A stretch of 63,358 bases of DNA, the filler included, from Octopus bimaculoides (Eukaryota): NCBI RefSeq assembly GCF_001194135.2. It is 7 parts of 5 records of this genome, joined end to end, with 100 filler letters (N's around TTAATTAATTAA, not from the genome) between each part and the next. Parts side by side here need not be neighbours in the genome. Positions count along the whole stretch, not along the records: positions 8,116 to 37,333 come from NC_069003.1; 6 more parts are not named here. The stretch is one strand, 5' to 3'. The first letter of the stretch is position 1; every line of letters starts with the position of its first letter. Below are positions 12,610 to 24,590 of this stretch, one piece after another. The position numbers and the translations under genes are program-made. Below the pieces are notes generated by a model. That model ran no database searches, was not told the origin of the DNA, and saw only the letters and a list, made by a program, of their open reading frames with translations.

Positions 12610-13719
12610 TAAAAACGTTATTTTTAAAAACCTCATTAGTTTTTGCATATTTTGCTTTAGATATCACCTTTACTTATCACAGAATGAAAAGGATGAGTTT
12701 AAAAGCTTCATAAGGTTTAATGGAGGGGGAGGAAAGATTTTGAAAATTTAAAATTTTGAATTTTCTTTTCTTTTTATTGTTTTGCAGAATCATAATTTCT
12801 GTATTTCAAAATGTGGAATAATTAAAAGAAAAATCTTAAAATAGTAAAGAGACACAAAACAGATGCAAGGGATTTTTAAAATTATTTTTTTATTTTTTCT
12901 CAGCTCGTATTCTCCATTACTGAAATGGTAGGAATCCAAAGGATTTATATATCATCTTCATCATTTAACATCTATTTTTCATGCTGGCATCGGTAAGATG
13001 GTTTGACAAGAACTGACAAGTCAGAAGACTGCATCTAGCTCTGCTGTCTGCTTTGGCGTGATTTCTACAACTGGATGCCCTTCCTAATACCAATCGATTT
13101 ACAGAGTGTACTGGGTGCTTATGTGGCACCAGCAGCAGTAAATCACCAAGCAACTTGCAGGACAAGACCCCTGAACTATGACAGGAGCATAGTACTGAGG
13201 GACAGAAGGGTGTCCTGCATTAGAAAAGAGACATAGCTTCCTGAGAGAGAGAGAGAGAGAGAGAGATGAAGAAATATGGTAAAGATGTGACAGTCTTGGA
13301 AAAAAATCTTCAAATTTGTTTAAATCTCCCTACCCCTGTCACCTTGTTTTGTTTTGTTTTTCCACCTTCAGCCATTCTGCAAAATGTCTTTCTATTTTCT
13401 ATAAGACACAAGAGAAATGTCTAACATTGACTGAAAGTTATTTGTTTAAATATCTTGTCATTAAATAAAAAGATTTCCACAATAAAATAAGTTTGTTGCC
13501 CAGACATTTCTAACCACTAAAACTATCCTTAGACAAGTTTCTTTGTCCTTATAATGACTTCTCTCTCTTGTGGAAATGATAATGTTAATATAAATTGTTA
13601 AGGCGGCAATGGATGTCTAAATTAGAGACAAACACCTTCCTGAGTTGAAATCTCAACAAAGCAGATTTTGCTTTTCAATATTTTGGTGTCGACCTCCTAC
13701 TATAGACATGTGGTCTAAG

Positions 13720-15110
13720 CCAACTTTGCCTTTCATCTTTTCAGAGTCAATAAAATGAGTACCAGTTGATCACTAGGGTTGATGTGTTTGACTTAACCCC
13801 TATCCCCAAATTGCTGGCCTTGTGCCAAAATTTGAAACCATTATTATTATTAATCATAATTTGGTATTTTGCCTATCACTGTTCTGCGTTCAAATTCTGC
13901 CAAGGTTGACTTTACCTTTCATCCTTTCGGAGTTGATAAATTAAGTACCAGTGAAACACTGGGGTCAATGTAATCGACTACTCCCTTTCCCATAAATATG
14001 AGGCCATGTGCTTCCTGTAGAAAGGACTATTAATCATAATTGTACCGAACATAATGCTTAGCAGAATTTCTTCTGGCTGCAAGCTGGCAGAAACGTTAGC
14101 ACGCCGAGCGAAATGCTTAGCCGTATTTCGTCTGCTGCTACGTTCTGAGTTCAAATTCCACCGAGGTCGACTTTGCCTTTCATCCTTTCAGGGCCGATTA
14201 AATAAGTACCAGTTACGCACTGGGGTCGATATAATCGACTTAATCCATTTGTCTGTCCTTGTTTGTCCCCTTTGTGTGTAGCCCCTTGTAGGCAGTAAAG
14301 AAATAAGAATTTCTTCTGGCTTAACATTCTCAGCTCAAATTCCACTGCCAAAGTCAACCTTGCCTTTCATCCTTTCGGGGTCGATAAAATAAGTACCATT
14401 TGAGTACTGGGGGTAATATAATCAACTAGCACTCTTCCCCAAATGTCAGGCCTTGTGCCTGTAGAGTAGAAAGGACTATTATTATTATTATTATTAATGT
14501 TCTGAGTTCAAATTCAGCCGTGGTTGACTTTGCCTTTCCTTCACCCTTTCAGAGTTGATAGAATAAGTACCAGTCGGGGTTGATATAATCAACTTATCCC
14601 CTGCACCAGAATTTCAGGACTTGTTCCTACAGTAGAAAGGATTATTATTAGGTTGAGGGAAAAGTTTGTACACAGTGTTAAAATAATGCTTCTTTTATAT
14701 ATTTTTGTGGTGTGTGTTCATTCAGTTCATTATTTTAACACGGCACACAAAGTTTTTCCTCAACCTAGTATTAATGGAAGGGCAGTAAATTGGCAGAATC
14801 GTTAGAACTTTGGATAAAATGCCAAGCAGTAATTCTTCTAGTTCTTTATATTCTGAGTTCAAATACTGTTGAGGTCAACTTTCCTTTTATCCATCTGGGG
14901 GTTGATAAAATAAGTACACTAATTGACTAACCCCTCCACTCAAAATTACTGGTCTTGTACCAAAAAATTTTAAAGAATTATTATTATTCATTTCTTATAT
15001 TCTGAGTTCAAATCCTGCCAAGCAGCCTAACTTTCAGGATCTATAAAGTGAAGTAGCAGACAAGTACAGAAGCCCCTCCTAAAATTATTGGCCTCATGCT
15101 TAAATTTGAA
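13720..15110 (+). mobile_element. Head-to-tail cluster of about 7 SINE family B copies (full-length copy at about 14078-14309)
   Basis: Repeated core TTCTGAGTTCAAAT...GTYRACTTTGCCTTTCATCCTTTCGGRGTYGATAAA..AAGTACCAG, separated by short (ATT)n spacers. Confidence 0.85.
14648..14768. mobile_element. Short mariner-type (MADE-like) MITE
   Basis: TA-[TTAGGTTGAGGGAAAAGTT...AAGTTTTTCCTCAACCTAG]-TA, about 40 bp imperfect TIRs. Confidence 0.8.
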
Positions 15111-15972
15111 AAATTATATTTATCACGGAAGGGCAGTGTGACGACCTGACACTATTTTAAAGGAAGGAAACTTGTCAAAAAAGTTGCTTCTCATTTTATC
15201 TACCTTGACCTGGGGACTAAAAGAGTAATAACTGCAATCAATTATTTACTTTCATCATACAACTAGAACCCAAGATTAACTCTTAAATAAACACCAAAGT
15301 GTTGGCAGCCATTAAATCTTTTTTGTTTCCTTCCAACATGATTTCTTGAACTTGCAGAGAATTTTCACATCAAAGTCGATGGCCATATCCATCACATAAC
15401 TTTTTCTCGTGATTGTTTACACTCAAGCCCGACCTATAACCAGAAGTATTCCAGCTGCGATAGACCTACAATCAGAAACGTTCCAGTCACGACCATCTTG
15501 TTTTTCTTTTTGTTGTATTTTTAGACATTTTCCAATGTTGTTCGTTTTTTTAAGACAGCAAAGTGTGATAAGAGAGAGATATGGTCGCTCCTGAAAATGT
15601 AGAAGACATTAACTTAGCTTCAAGTGAGTAGGGTCAATCACTGAGGGGAGCATCAACGTGCTCGCTCAACCCGCTGCTAGAAATAGAAGCCAAATCTCCC
15701 TCAATGGCAGTACCATCTTATACAAAAGAACGCAGTGAATATTGTGTAAAGTACTCACTATACTTGAAAAAAAAAGCCAGGATGGTCACCGCTGGAAGGC
15801 CCTGTCTCACAGGTCTGAGAGATAAAAGCGATTGGGAGTTAAACGTGTCTGCTACAAAATAAACAAAGCGAGCGAGACGAGCTCTATGTATTCCCTCAAA
15901 CCACACTAATGAGTGTGGCTATTATTATCTATGAAAGTATTTATCAATGTCTGACAACTCTACTCCACTAAC

Positions 15973-16056
15973 CTTCATCAACTCAAACAGTTGGTGTTCC
16001 TCGGCGTAATTCGTAAACTCTGGAGGTAGCGACATCGGTCTCATAGTGGCGTCCAT
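15973..16056 (-). CDS. AK8: Adenylate kinase 8, coding exon 1 (MDATMRPMSLPPEFTNYAEEHQLFELMK)
   Basis: ATG at 16056 in context AACAAGATGG; 84 nt (28 codons) ending at donor AAG|GTTAGT. Peptide resembles the vertebrate AK8 N-terminus (recalled as [28 protein letters not shown]). Confidence 0.9.
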
Positions 16057-16078
16057 CTTGTTTAGTTTCACCCAACTT

Positions 16079-16102
16079 GTTGTTATGGAGACCGAATAAA
16101 CA
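16079..16102. promoter_or_regulatory. RFX X-box plus adjacent forkhead-type site upstream of AK8
   Basis: GTTGTTATGGAGAC (reverse complement GTCTCC-AT-AACAAC fits RYYNYY-WW-RRNRAC) at 16079-16092; ATAAACA (RYAAAYA) at 16096-16102; 23-46 nt upstream of the AK8 ATG. Confidence 0.6.
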
Positions 16103-17003
16103 CTGCGAAGGAAAGATAACTCAAAACATTTTTACATAATCGGGCACTCAATTCGTTAAATGCAGGTTTTTGTTTTACTTCAAGCCCTCTTTATAGACAA
16201 ATAGATCGCCACAATTTAAGATATATTCATTTTAAACCGTTCAGCTTTCTTTCCCCGCCGACACACACACAAAAATTAGTTTGGGCACGAGTTTTTCTTT
16301 CTTCCTAAAACGCTAGTGTAAAGCTTAAGATATTTAGTTGAGAATTAATCCATTTATTTGACAGCAAAGAGGTAAGTATAGCACTTTGTCGGTGAATTTT
16401 TACCAGTCTACATACAGACATGCCATTATATATATATTATATTATATTATATACACACGCAGAATGTCACATTCTCTACTATATATATAATTTTTTTAAT
16501 AACGAACCATGTACTTCACACTCTGGAAAATTAATTTCTGTAAAATGTTTGGTTCCTTTCCGAACCAAACTAGGGGATTTTCAGCATATTAGGACGTCAG
16601 GGTACTTGATTCCACGCAAAAAATCCTAGTTTTTTTTTTTTTCTGAGTGAAAATCGTTCGGGTGTTACATAAAAAAATTTACCAAAAATATTTGAGGTTT
16701 ATTTGTTCACTTTTTTGTTTTGTTTTTTTACAACCATCGGAATACCAAGCGCCTCTCATGACAAAAGGTCATGGTTCGGACTTATAAACAGTTTTGAGTA
16801 AGAACCGGAAAGAGAGGTATAAACACCCAATGCGCATGTCACATCTCGCTGTTTTTAATTATGTGCAGATAATGCCACGTTTCTAGATTCGCTTTCTTAA
16901 TTTTTCTCCGCTATGCAACTACTCTAACACATACCGGAAACGTCAAAGTGACATCAAAAAATAACCTGAAAATTAAAGGCTATACAAGATGACAATACTA
17001 TTC

Positions 17004-17280
17004 TGACGATCTTTTGGTACTAGATGCCATAACTTCCGGTCGTTGTGCGCACACATACTGATTACATTATCGTACAGTGTGTTTATGTTTTTAAATGACT
17101 TGAAAATATGAAAAGACAACATTAAATAGAATTTTAAAAAATGAATGGCCCACTAAACTCGAACCTTCTCCCCTCAGATTCATACAGTTCTCAAACTTTA
17201 AACACACTATACGATAATGTAATCAGTATGCGTGCGCACAACGACCGGAAGTTATGGGATCTAGTACCGAAAGATTGTCA
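17004..17280. mobile_element. Foldback MITE with 82-bp inverted arms upstream of AK8
   Basis: Arms 17004-17085 and 17199-17280, about 5 mismatches by eye; each carries ACTTCCGG/CCGGAAGT. Confidence 0.8.
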
Positions 17281-18414
17281 CTATTCTTATATATAGGGCT
17301 TTCCTATAAGTAGGTTATCTCCCTTGGCTAGGCGGCGCTCCATGTAGACAATTAAACTTCCGCAGACTACCCACGCTATTGTTATTGGTTTACGTCTTAT
17401 CATGGTACTTATCGAAGTACTTACTGTGCCTGAGTTAAAGAAATATTTAAGATTATATGGACAGTATGTTACTGGAAGAAAGGCTGGGTGCCCAATATCC
17501 TGTCAGGACAGTAATAGGAGCGTATATGTGTTTACAAGGGTATAAAAATGATGAACTATAAACAAATATATTGTTTTATAGAACTTTTTAACTGATATAC
17601 ATTTATTAAGAAGTTGCTTCTGGAGTTCACAGGACTGTTTCCCAGCACCAATGTATTGCTAAAAACCATAAAAAAAGAAGCAGGAAAAGTGTACCATTGA
17701 GACATCATCCTCGTTTAACGTCCGTTTTCCATGCTAGCATGGGTTGGATGATTTGACTGAGGACTGGCGAACCAGATGGCTACATCAGAATCCAATCTGA
17801 TCTGACAGAGTTTCTACAGCTGGATGCTCTTCCTAACGCTAACCAGTCTGAGAGTGTAGTGGATGCTTTTTATGTGCCACCAGCACATACAATATATGTT
17901 TAACAAGTCATATGATGGTCAGTATGCAGTTTTGCTGCAATTTTCTTGTTTCGAATATTAAAAAAAAGTTTTTTTGTTTTTTTTAAATATCTAAATATAT
18001 TATTTGATTTGAATTGTGTAATTTTTTTGTATCTAACAAAATTAAACAGCATTTTAAATATTCAGAAATCTTGAAAACCTATACAACCATTACAAAATGA
18101 ATGTGTGTGTGTTTTTGCATCAGTGATATTAATCTATTCTTTACATTGAGTTCAAAACCTGCCATGGTCAATTTTGCCTTTCATCCTCTTGGGGTTGATA
18201 AAAAAAATACCAGTCAAGTACTGGGATTGATGATAGCGAATTACCTATCATACATTCGGAGTTGATAAAAAAATAAGTATCAGTTGAGCACAGGGGTCAA
18301 TGTAATTGACTCACTCCTTCCTTCAAACTTGCTGGCCTTGTGGCAAAATTTGAAACCATTATCATGATGATGATGATGGTGAAAAGCCAAATCAGTAGAA
18401 TGGCTCCTCACAAT

Positions 18415-18722
18415 TCATCATCATCTTCATCGTTTAACGTCCGCTTTCCATGCTAGCATGGGTTGGTCAATTTGACTGAGGACTGGTGAACCAGATGGCT
18501 GCACCACGTTCCAATCTGATCTGGCAGTTTCTACAGCTGGATGCCCTTGCTAACGCCAACCACTCCGAGAGTGTAGTGGGTGTTTTTACGTGCCACCGGC
18601 ACAAGGGCCAGTCAAGCGGTACTGACAACAGCCACATTCAAATGGTGTTTCTTACGTGCCACCTGCACAGGAGCCAGTCCAGTGGCACTGGCAACGACCT
18701 CACTCAAATGTTTTTTCACGTG
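18415..18722 (-). mobile_element. RTE-type LINE 3' tail
   Basis: CATCATCGTTTAACGTCCGCTTTCCATGCTAGCATGGGTTGG..., with internal TTACGTGCCACC subrepeats; homologous to 26826-27069. Confidence 0.7.
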
Positions 18723-20219
18723 CCTATAACCTTGTGTTCCAGGTTCAAATTGTCCTAAGGTTAAAACTTCTCTGCCCACTACAATACAATGATTCTCATT
18801 ATCAGGAAACTAAATGGCATGCTCTGTTGGATGTGTCGCTAAGAGAATGCATAAGTAATAATGCTGAAAGGAGTTGAGAGAGAAAAAAACTAAGTATAAG
18901 ATAATATCTACGCCCACCTAAACATGGATGTGATGTACATTATTTACATTATTTATATTTGATGGATATTTGTCCTCATCTTGTTTGTTGTTAACAAAGT
19001 TTTGGCTGATATACCCTCCAGCCTTCATCAGGTCTCTTGGAGAAATTTTGAACCTGGGTTCTCATTCCTAAGGTATTTTTTTATGTTATTTAGGTCACTG
19101 CCTGGAATTGAACTCGGAATCTTTTTTTTGGGGGGAGGGTCATCTTTTTGTTTTAATCAATAGACTACAGCCACACTAGGATACTGCCTTGAGGGATTTT
19201 AATCAAATGAATTGACCCCAGAACTCATTTTTTTTTAAAGCCTGGTACTTATTCTATCAGTCTCTTTTTGCCAAACCATTAAATTACAGGGACGTAAACA
19301 CACAATCGCTGGTTGGCAAGCAGTGGACAGAGGACTAATACACACACATATATGATAGACTTCTTTCAGTTTCATCTACAAATTCCACTCACATGGTTTT
19401 GGTCAGCCCAAGGCTAAAGAAGACACTTACTCAAGGTGCAGTGCAGTGGGGGTGAACTCAGAACCTCATGGTTGGTAAGGAAGCTTCTTCCCACACAACT
19501 AGACAAGGGGCACAAACAAACTGATACCACTTGTCAAACGGTTGGGGTAGACACAAAAAGGACCACATACACACACACACACGTGTGCAATCATCAGATA
19601 AAATAAAGAGAGTAGATCTACATAAGTACAATGTACAACTTCAGAAACCAAGTTTAAACATAAAAGATTTCAATTTTATTGGGATTCAGGTTTTACCTAG
19701 TTTTGCTTTTACAATGACTGCAGTTTAATAGAGAGAGAGAGAAAAAAAAAAAACATTTTTAAAAATCTGATTCGTCTTTCCAAAGAAAATNNNNNNNNNN
19801 NNNNNNNNNNNNNNNNNNNNNNNNNNNNNNNNNNNNNNNNNNNNNNNNNNNNNNNNNNNNNNNNNNNNNNNNNNNNNNNNNNNNNNNNNNNNNNNNNNNN
19901 NNNNNNNNNNNNNNNNNNNNNNNNNNNNNNNNNNNNNNNNNNNNNNNNNNNNNNNNNNNNNNNNNNNNNNNNNNNNNNNNNNNNNNNNNNNNNNNNNNNN
20001 NNNNNNNNNNNNNNNNNNNNNNNNNNNNNNNNNNNNNNNNNNNNNNNNNNNNNNNNNNNNNNNNNNNNNNNNNNNNNNNNNNNNNNNNNNNNNNNNNNNN
20101 NNNNNNNNNNNNNNNNNNNNNNNNNNNNNNNNNNNNNNNNNNNNNNNNNNNNNNNNNNNNNNNNNNNNNNNNNNNNNNNNNNNNNNNNNNNNNNNNNNNN
20201 NNNNNNNNNNNNNNNNNNN

Positions 20220-20765
20220 AGATACATAGACAAATGAGACATGATGGATAAGATACATAGACAAATAGATAAGACACATTGATGGACAGATAGATACATA
20301 GACAGACAGATGGATAGATAGATAGATAGCAGATGATAGAGAGATAGCAGATGATAGACAGACAGAAGATAGATAAATAGATAGATAGATAGATACACAG
20401 ACGGATAAACGACAGTCACGCAGATGGATAGATGACTGATACACAGACAGATAGATGATAGATAGACTGATAGAGAGACAGACAGACAGAAGATAGATAG
20501 ATAGATATATAGATAGATAGATAGATGACAGATACAGACGGATAAACGACTGATACACAGACAGGATAGATGATAGATAAGATACATAGACAAATGAGAC
20601 ATGATGGATAAGATACATAGACAAATAGATAAGACACATTGATGGACAGATAGATACATAGACAGACAGATGGATAGATAGATATATAGACAGAAGGATA
20701 GATAGATGTATAGACTGAAGGATAGATAGATATATATAGACAGAAGGATAGATAGATACATAAAC
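20220..20765. repeat. Complex GATA/GACA-derived satellite with a higher-order repeat
   Basis: 20220-20323 is identical to 20580-20683 (offset 360 nt). Confidence 0.9.
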
Positions 20766-21322
20766 AAACAGATAAGTAGATATACATACATATATTTATA
20801 CTGCAAACTGACTGCTGGTATTTTACAAGTTCATCAAAGTACTAGATCAATCCCAAAAGGATGAAAGGCAAAGTCGACCTTGGTAGAATTTGAGCTCAGA
20901 ACAAAGACAAAATGCTTAGCATTTTACCCAGTATGCTAACAATTCTTACAGCTTGCCAACTTAAGTCTTGATGATATTGATAAAACAGAAATAGTCAGCT
21001 CATTTGAAAACTAGTCCCTCCCTATATCTATCTACCTACCTTTCATCATTTAATGTCCATTTTCCCTGCTGGCATGAGTGGCATGGTTTGACAGGAGCAT
21101 GCAAGTCAACAGACTACACCTGGCTCTATTACCTGCTTTGATCTCAGTATATATTTTTGTTCGCATACACATCACTAAATATTTCATCTATTTTAGCTTT
21201 TCGAGTTTTCGTATATTTACTCCCTCCCAAAAATGAGCAATTATCTCCCCTGTCGCGAATAATCACATTACCTCCCCTTATATTTTCTACCTGCTGATTC
21301 ATTTCATTCACAAACCCCAATA

Positions 21323-21389
<67 letters not shown>

Positions 21390-21785
21390 CAGGCTTCTTT
21401 CGGTTTCCATCTACTAAATTCACTCATGAGGCTATAGTAGTAAACACTTGTCCAAGGTGCCATGCAATGGGACTGAACCCAGAACCATGTGGTTAGGAAG
21501 CAAAAGTCTAACCATACAGCCATGTCTATATTTTATATATATATATAATCAGGTCAACTGCTTTAAAAAAGTTGTATGATAGGGAGAAAGAAAGAAAGAA
21601 ATGCTATGTTCACAGTTAGTTACCCATTAGCTACCCATTTTAAACATCATGCGTTGTTTGATGAAGGTTGAATAATTAACTTGTTTAACTATCAAGCAGA
21701 CATCTTTTAGGGGTTAGTCAACAGCAATCCCTCAAGTCAAAAAGTTACTGACTCAATGTCATAAGTTCAAACAAGAACTACTTAC

Positions 21786-21935
21786 CAAAACCAATATCAT
21801 TATCATCCATGTCAAAACCATTATCATATCGACATCTTTTCTTGCTATCAGAGAGAACATTGAAAGCTTCACCAACTTCCTTGAATTTAGCCTCTTCTGA
21901 TTTTTGAACTTCAGGGTTATCATGTGAATGGCGAT
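21786..21935 (-). CDS. DNAJC7: DNAJC7 exon, end of J-domain (DRHSHDNPEVQKSEEAKFKEVGEAFNVLSDSKKRCRYDNGFDMDDNDIGF); last exon found, no stop
   Basis: tctatttcag acceptor, G|GTAAGT donor, 150 nt; KFKEVGEAF.VLSD..K..RYD motif. Confidence 0.95.
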
Positions 21936-22842
21936 CTGAAATAGATAACATTCCAAGGTCAAGAGAGAAGAAATATTCTGAACCATTTTACAAGCATTTT
22001 ATGTCCAAGGCCACCAGTATTCACAAATATTATATTATACAAAGGATCTTCAAGTCCTATTACAAACCAAGGGGAAAATACCCACAGACAAAGAATGGTA
22101 GGATATAAAGGTTAGAATTGATTTCTGGCAATAGATGCCAGATAAGTTCATAAAAGTAGCATGGGAAAATCTGAAAGGCAGACCCTGGGTACTGGTGTGG
22201 ATTGAAGTATGGTGCCAGTCAGTAAGAGCTAGGATAGAATGTAGTACGGACATCAACACTTTTGTACCATAAACAAAACAAAAATATTTCAACTGGTATT
22301 TTAATTGCTGACAATTAAGCAACTATGGTAATATAAATGTGGACATGATTGTGAAAACAAACAGGATGGATATTTAGATGACAAAAAAATTTTAATTAAA
22401 AGGTTAAATAATCAGTACACAAAAAAGTTGCTGATCACACTATTTGTAAGTCTAGGTTATAACGAATCCATGGGTTGAGATTAAATTGAACCAGAGGAGT
22501 TGATACCCAGTGATAGACTGGGTCAGAATAGTGGCACTAACCGCTATGCTATATCTAACCATTCCAAAGGGAAGTGGAGAAGTGATGCAACCCTCTTCAG
22601 TTCCAATGCAATCAAAGACAGCTGTTCATAAAAAGAATTTAATTACTGTTGGGAGAAAGATGAAAGTCTGTAAGGATCAGTTTCCAATCATTGTGGTAGT
22701 GTTGATAATGAGTTCACGAATATTAGCAAACATCCATTAGCAATCAAATTGGGTTGGCATAGAAAAAAAAAAAAAAAAATTACCCTACAAGAAATCAATC
22801 CATTTTATTTCAAAATCAAAAAAGTTAGAGATAGATCCTTAC

Positions 22843-22989
22843 CAGGATGGTGTATCAAGGCCCGTTTCTTGTATGCTTTCTTAATTTCTTCATCGGTTGC
22901 AGTTTTATTGACACCAAGAATTTTGTAGTAATCCTTCCGTTTACTTTTCTTTAGAGTTAGTTTGGCATCAGCCAATAATTGTTTGTTTT
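22843..22989 (-). CDS. DNAJC7: DNAJC7 exon, start of J-domain ([49 protein letters not shown])
   Basis: tttctcttcag acceptor, G|GTAAGG donor, 147 nt. [13 protein letters not shown]; HPD motif split CAT CCT G|AT. Confidence 0.96.
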
Positions 22990-24590
22990 CTGAAGAGAAA
23001 CACAGAAAGTAACATGAGGTTACATCATAAAAAAAAAACTGATATCAATATTGTAATAAAGGTTAACATTCATTTTTCTCTTAAAGTGTGACCAATTGAT
23101 CTCTCTACCAATGTTTACACAAAACAATTGGGCTACTTTTCTTAACATAGTTAGCAAAATGAGCACTGAACACTCAACAAGATAGTGCTTTATACACAAG
23201 AGATGATGGATGGTAAACAATATGAATCTAACAAGATTTGAACTCAGAACAAAATTATCAGAAAAGTTTGGTACTAGTGTCTTTAACCTTTTAGTTACTA
23301 TATTGCTAACCAAAATGCAGCCTTTATATGTTTCAGCTAAATTCTAAAATAATTATGAATTGAAACTGGTTTCATAAAACTTTTTTTTTTATTAATCAAC
23401 ATATGTGACACAATTTAACAAAATATTCTTAACCAAACCTATTTCATAACCTTGTCTTGAAGTAAATCTAATTACAGGTAAGTACAAATAAATTCAACAA
23501 AATATAAAATCATTAAAATTTTGTTTAAACATCAGCATAGAAAATGAGTTACTAGCTAATATTCAATGAGTATACAACAAAATTTTATAATAGAAAAATT
23601 ATGCAAATAACTGGATTATCTATCTATCTTGAACTTAATGCTCCTAAGTGCAGGTGTACCATAAACTATAAAAATAAAACTGAAGAAAACACTGGAATGT
23701 CTTTGAAAGAAACTAGGAAATGACATACATCCCATCAACTAAATGCATAAATACAAGAAACATATGATTCAGAGTTCAAATTGCGACACACTTTACAGGT
23801 AAATTAAAATTACGAAGTAACTAAGAAATAAAAGCCAGCTAAATTTGAAAAAATATATCTATAAATCAAGTTTACACACACACAATATTCCTAAAAATGC
23901 TTGAATTTCTAATTTTCTTTCAAGCATGTGGGAAGCCTCAAACAATTTTTCTCTTGTTTCTGTTCTGCATAACAATTCATTTCTGCAGTAATCAGCCTCG
24001 TTTCCTTGGAATCACTGTAGATAGGTTTAATATCTTACTAAAAATAACTATGAAAAACGATTTTAAGCACTTACTATATTCAAGTACAAAGTTTTTTTTT
24101 TTTTTGTTTTTTTTAATTGCTATCAGAAGTGTTGTCAGAATCGTTTCTTTTTCAGAAACAATATCTGATTCATAGTCACAAACATGATCTTAATGTTTGC
24201 CATTATGTTTTGCTAGGTTTTTCTAGGTCTTCTTTATAAAATATTTCAACTTCAACTCATTGCCTGACAACATGAGACTGGTATCCAGTTTTCATCCATA
24301 GTGAAACATTTCAGAAAATCAAAGACGAAAAAAAAAAAAAAATTTCCAAAACTTAGCAGTGCTCAAATATCATGTAAAATAATGTCAGACTGTGTACCTA
24401 AATTGTTTACATAGTGAAATCACATGTTTTCACAAATGTACTAACAAGGTTTGCACTGAAATTCTCTTTAAAATATGAATAGGTCATTTCAGACAGGTAC
24501 AGGTGGTTTGGTAATGGAATGGTTAAACTTGCTAATAGCTCCCTCAAGTTTAAGAAATCTCTCCATAAACAAGAATTAAGATTATCTTAC

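Noticed and set aside
12683-12927. Two plus-strand acceptor/donor-bounded micro-segments (NEKDEFKSFI; LVFSITEM)
   Set aside because: No recognisable protein or consistent exon chain; expected by chance in AT-rich DNA.
22360-22440. Possible C/D-box snoRNA
   Set aside because: Box C is poor (ATGATTG) and it lies antisense to the host gene.
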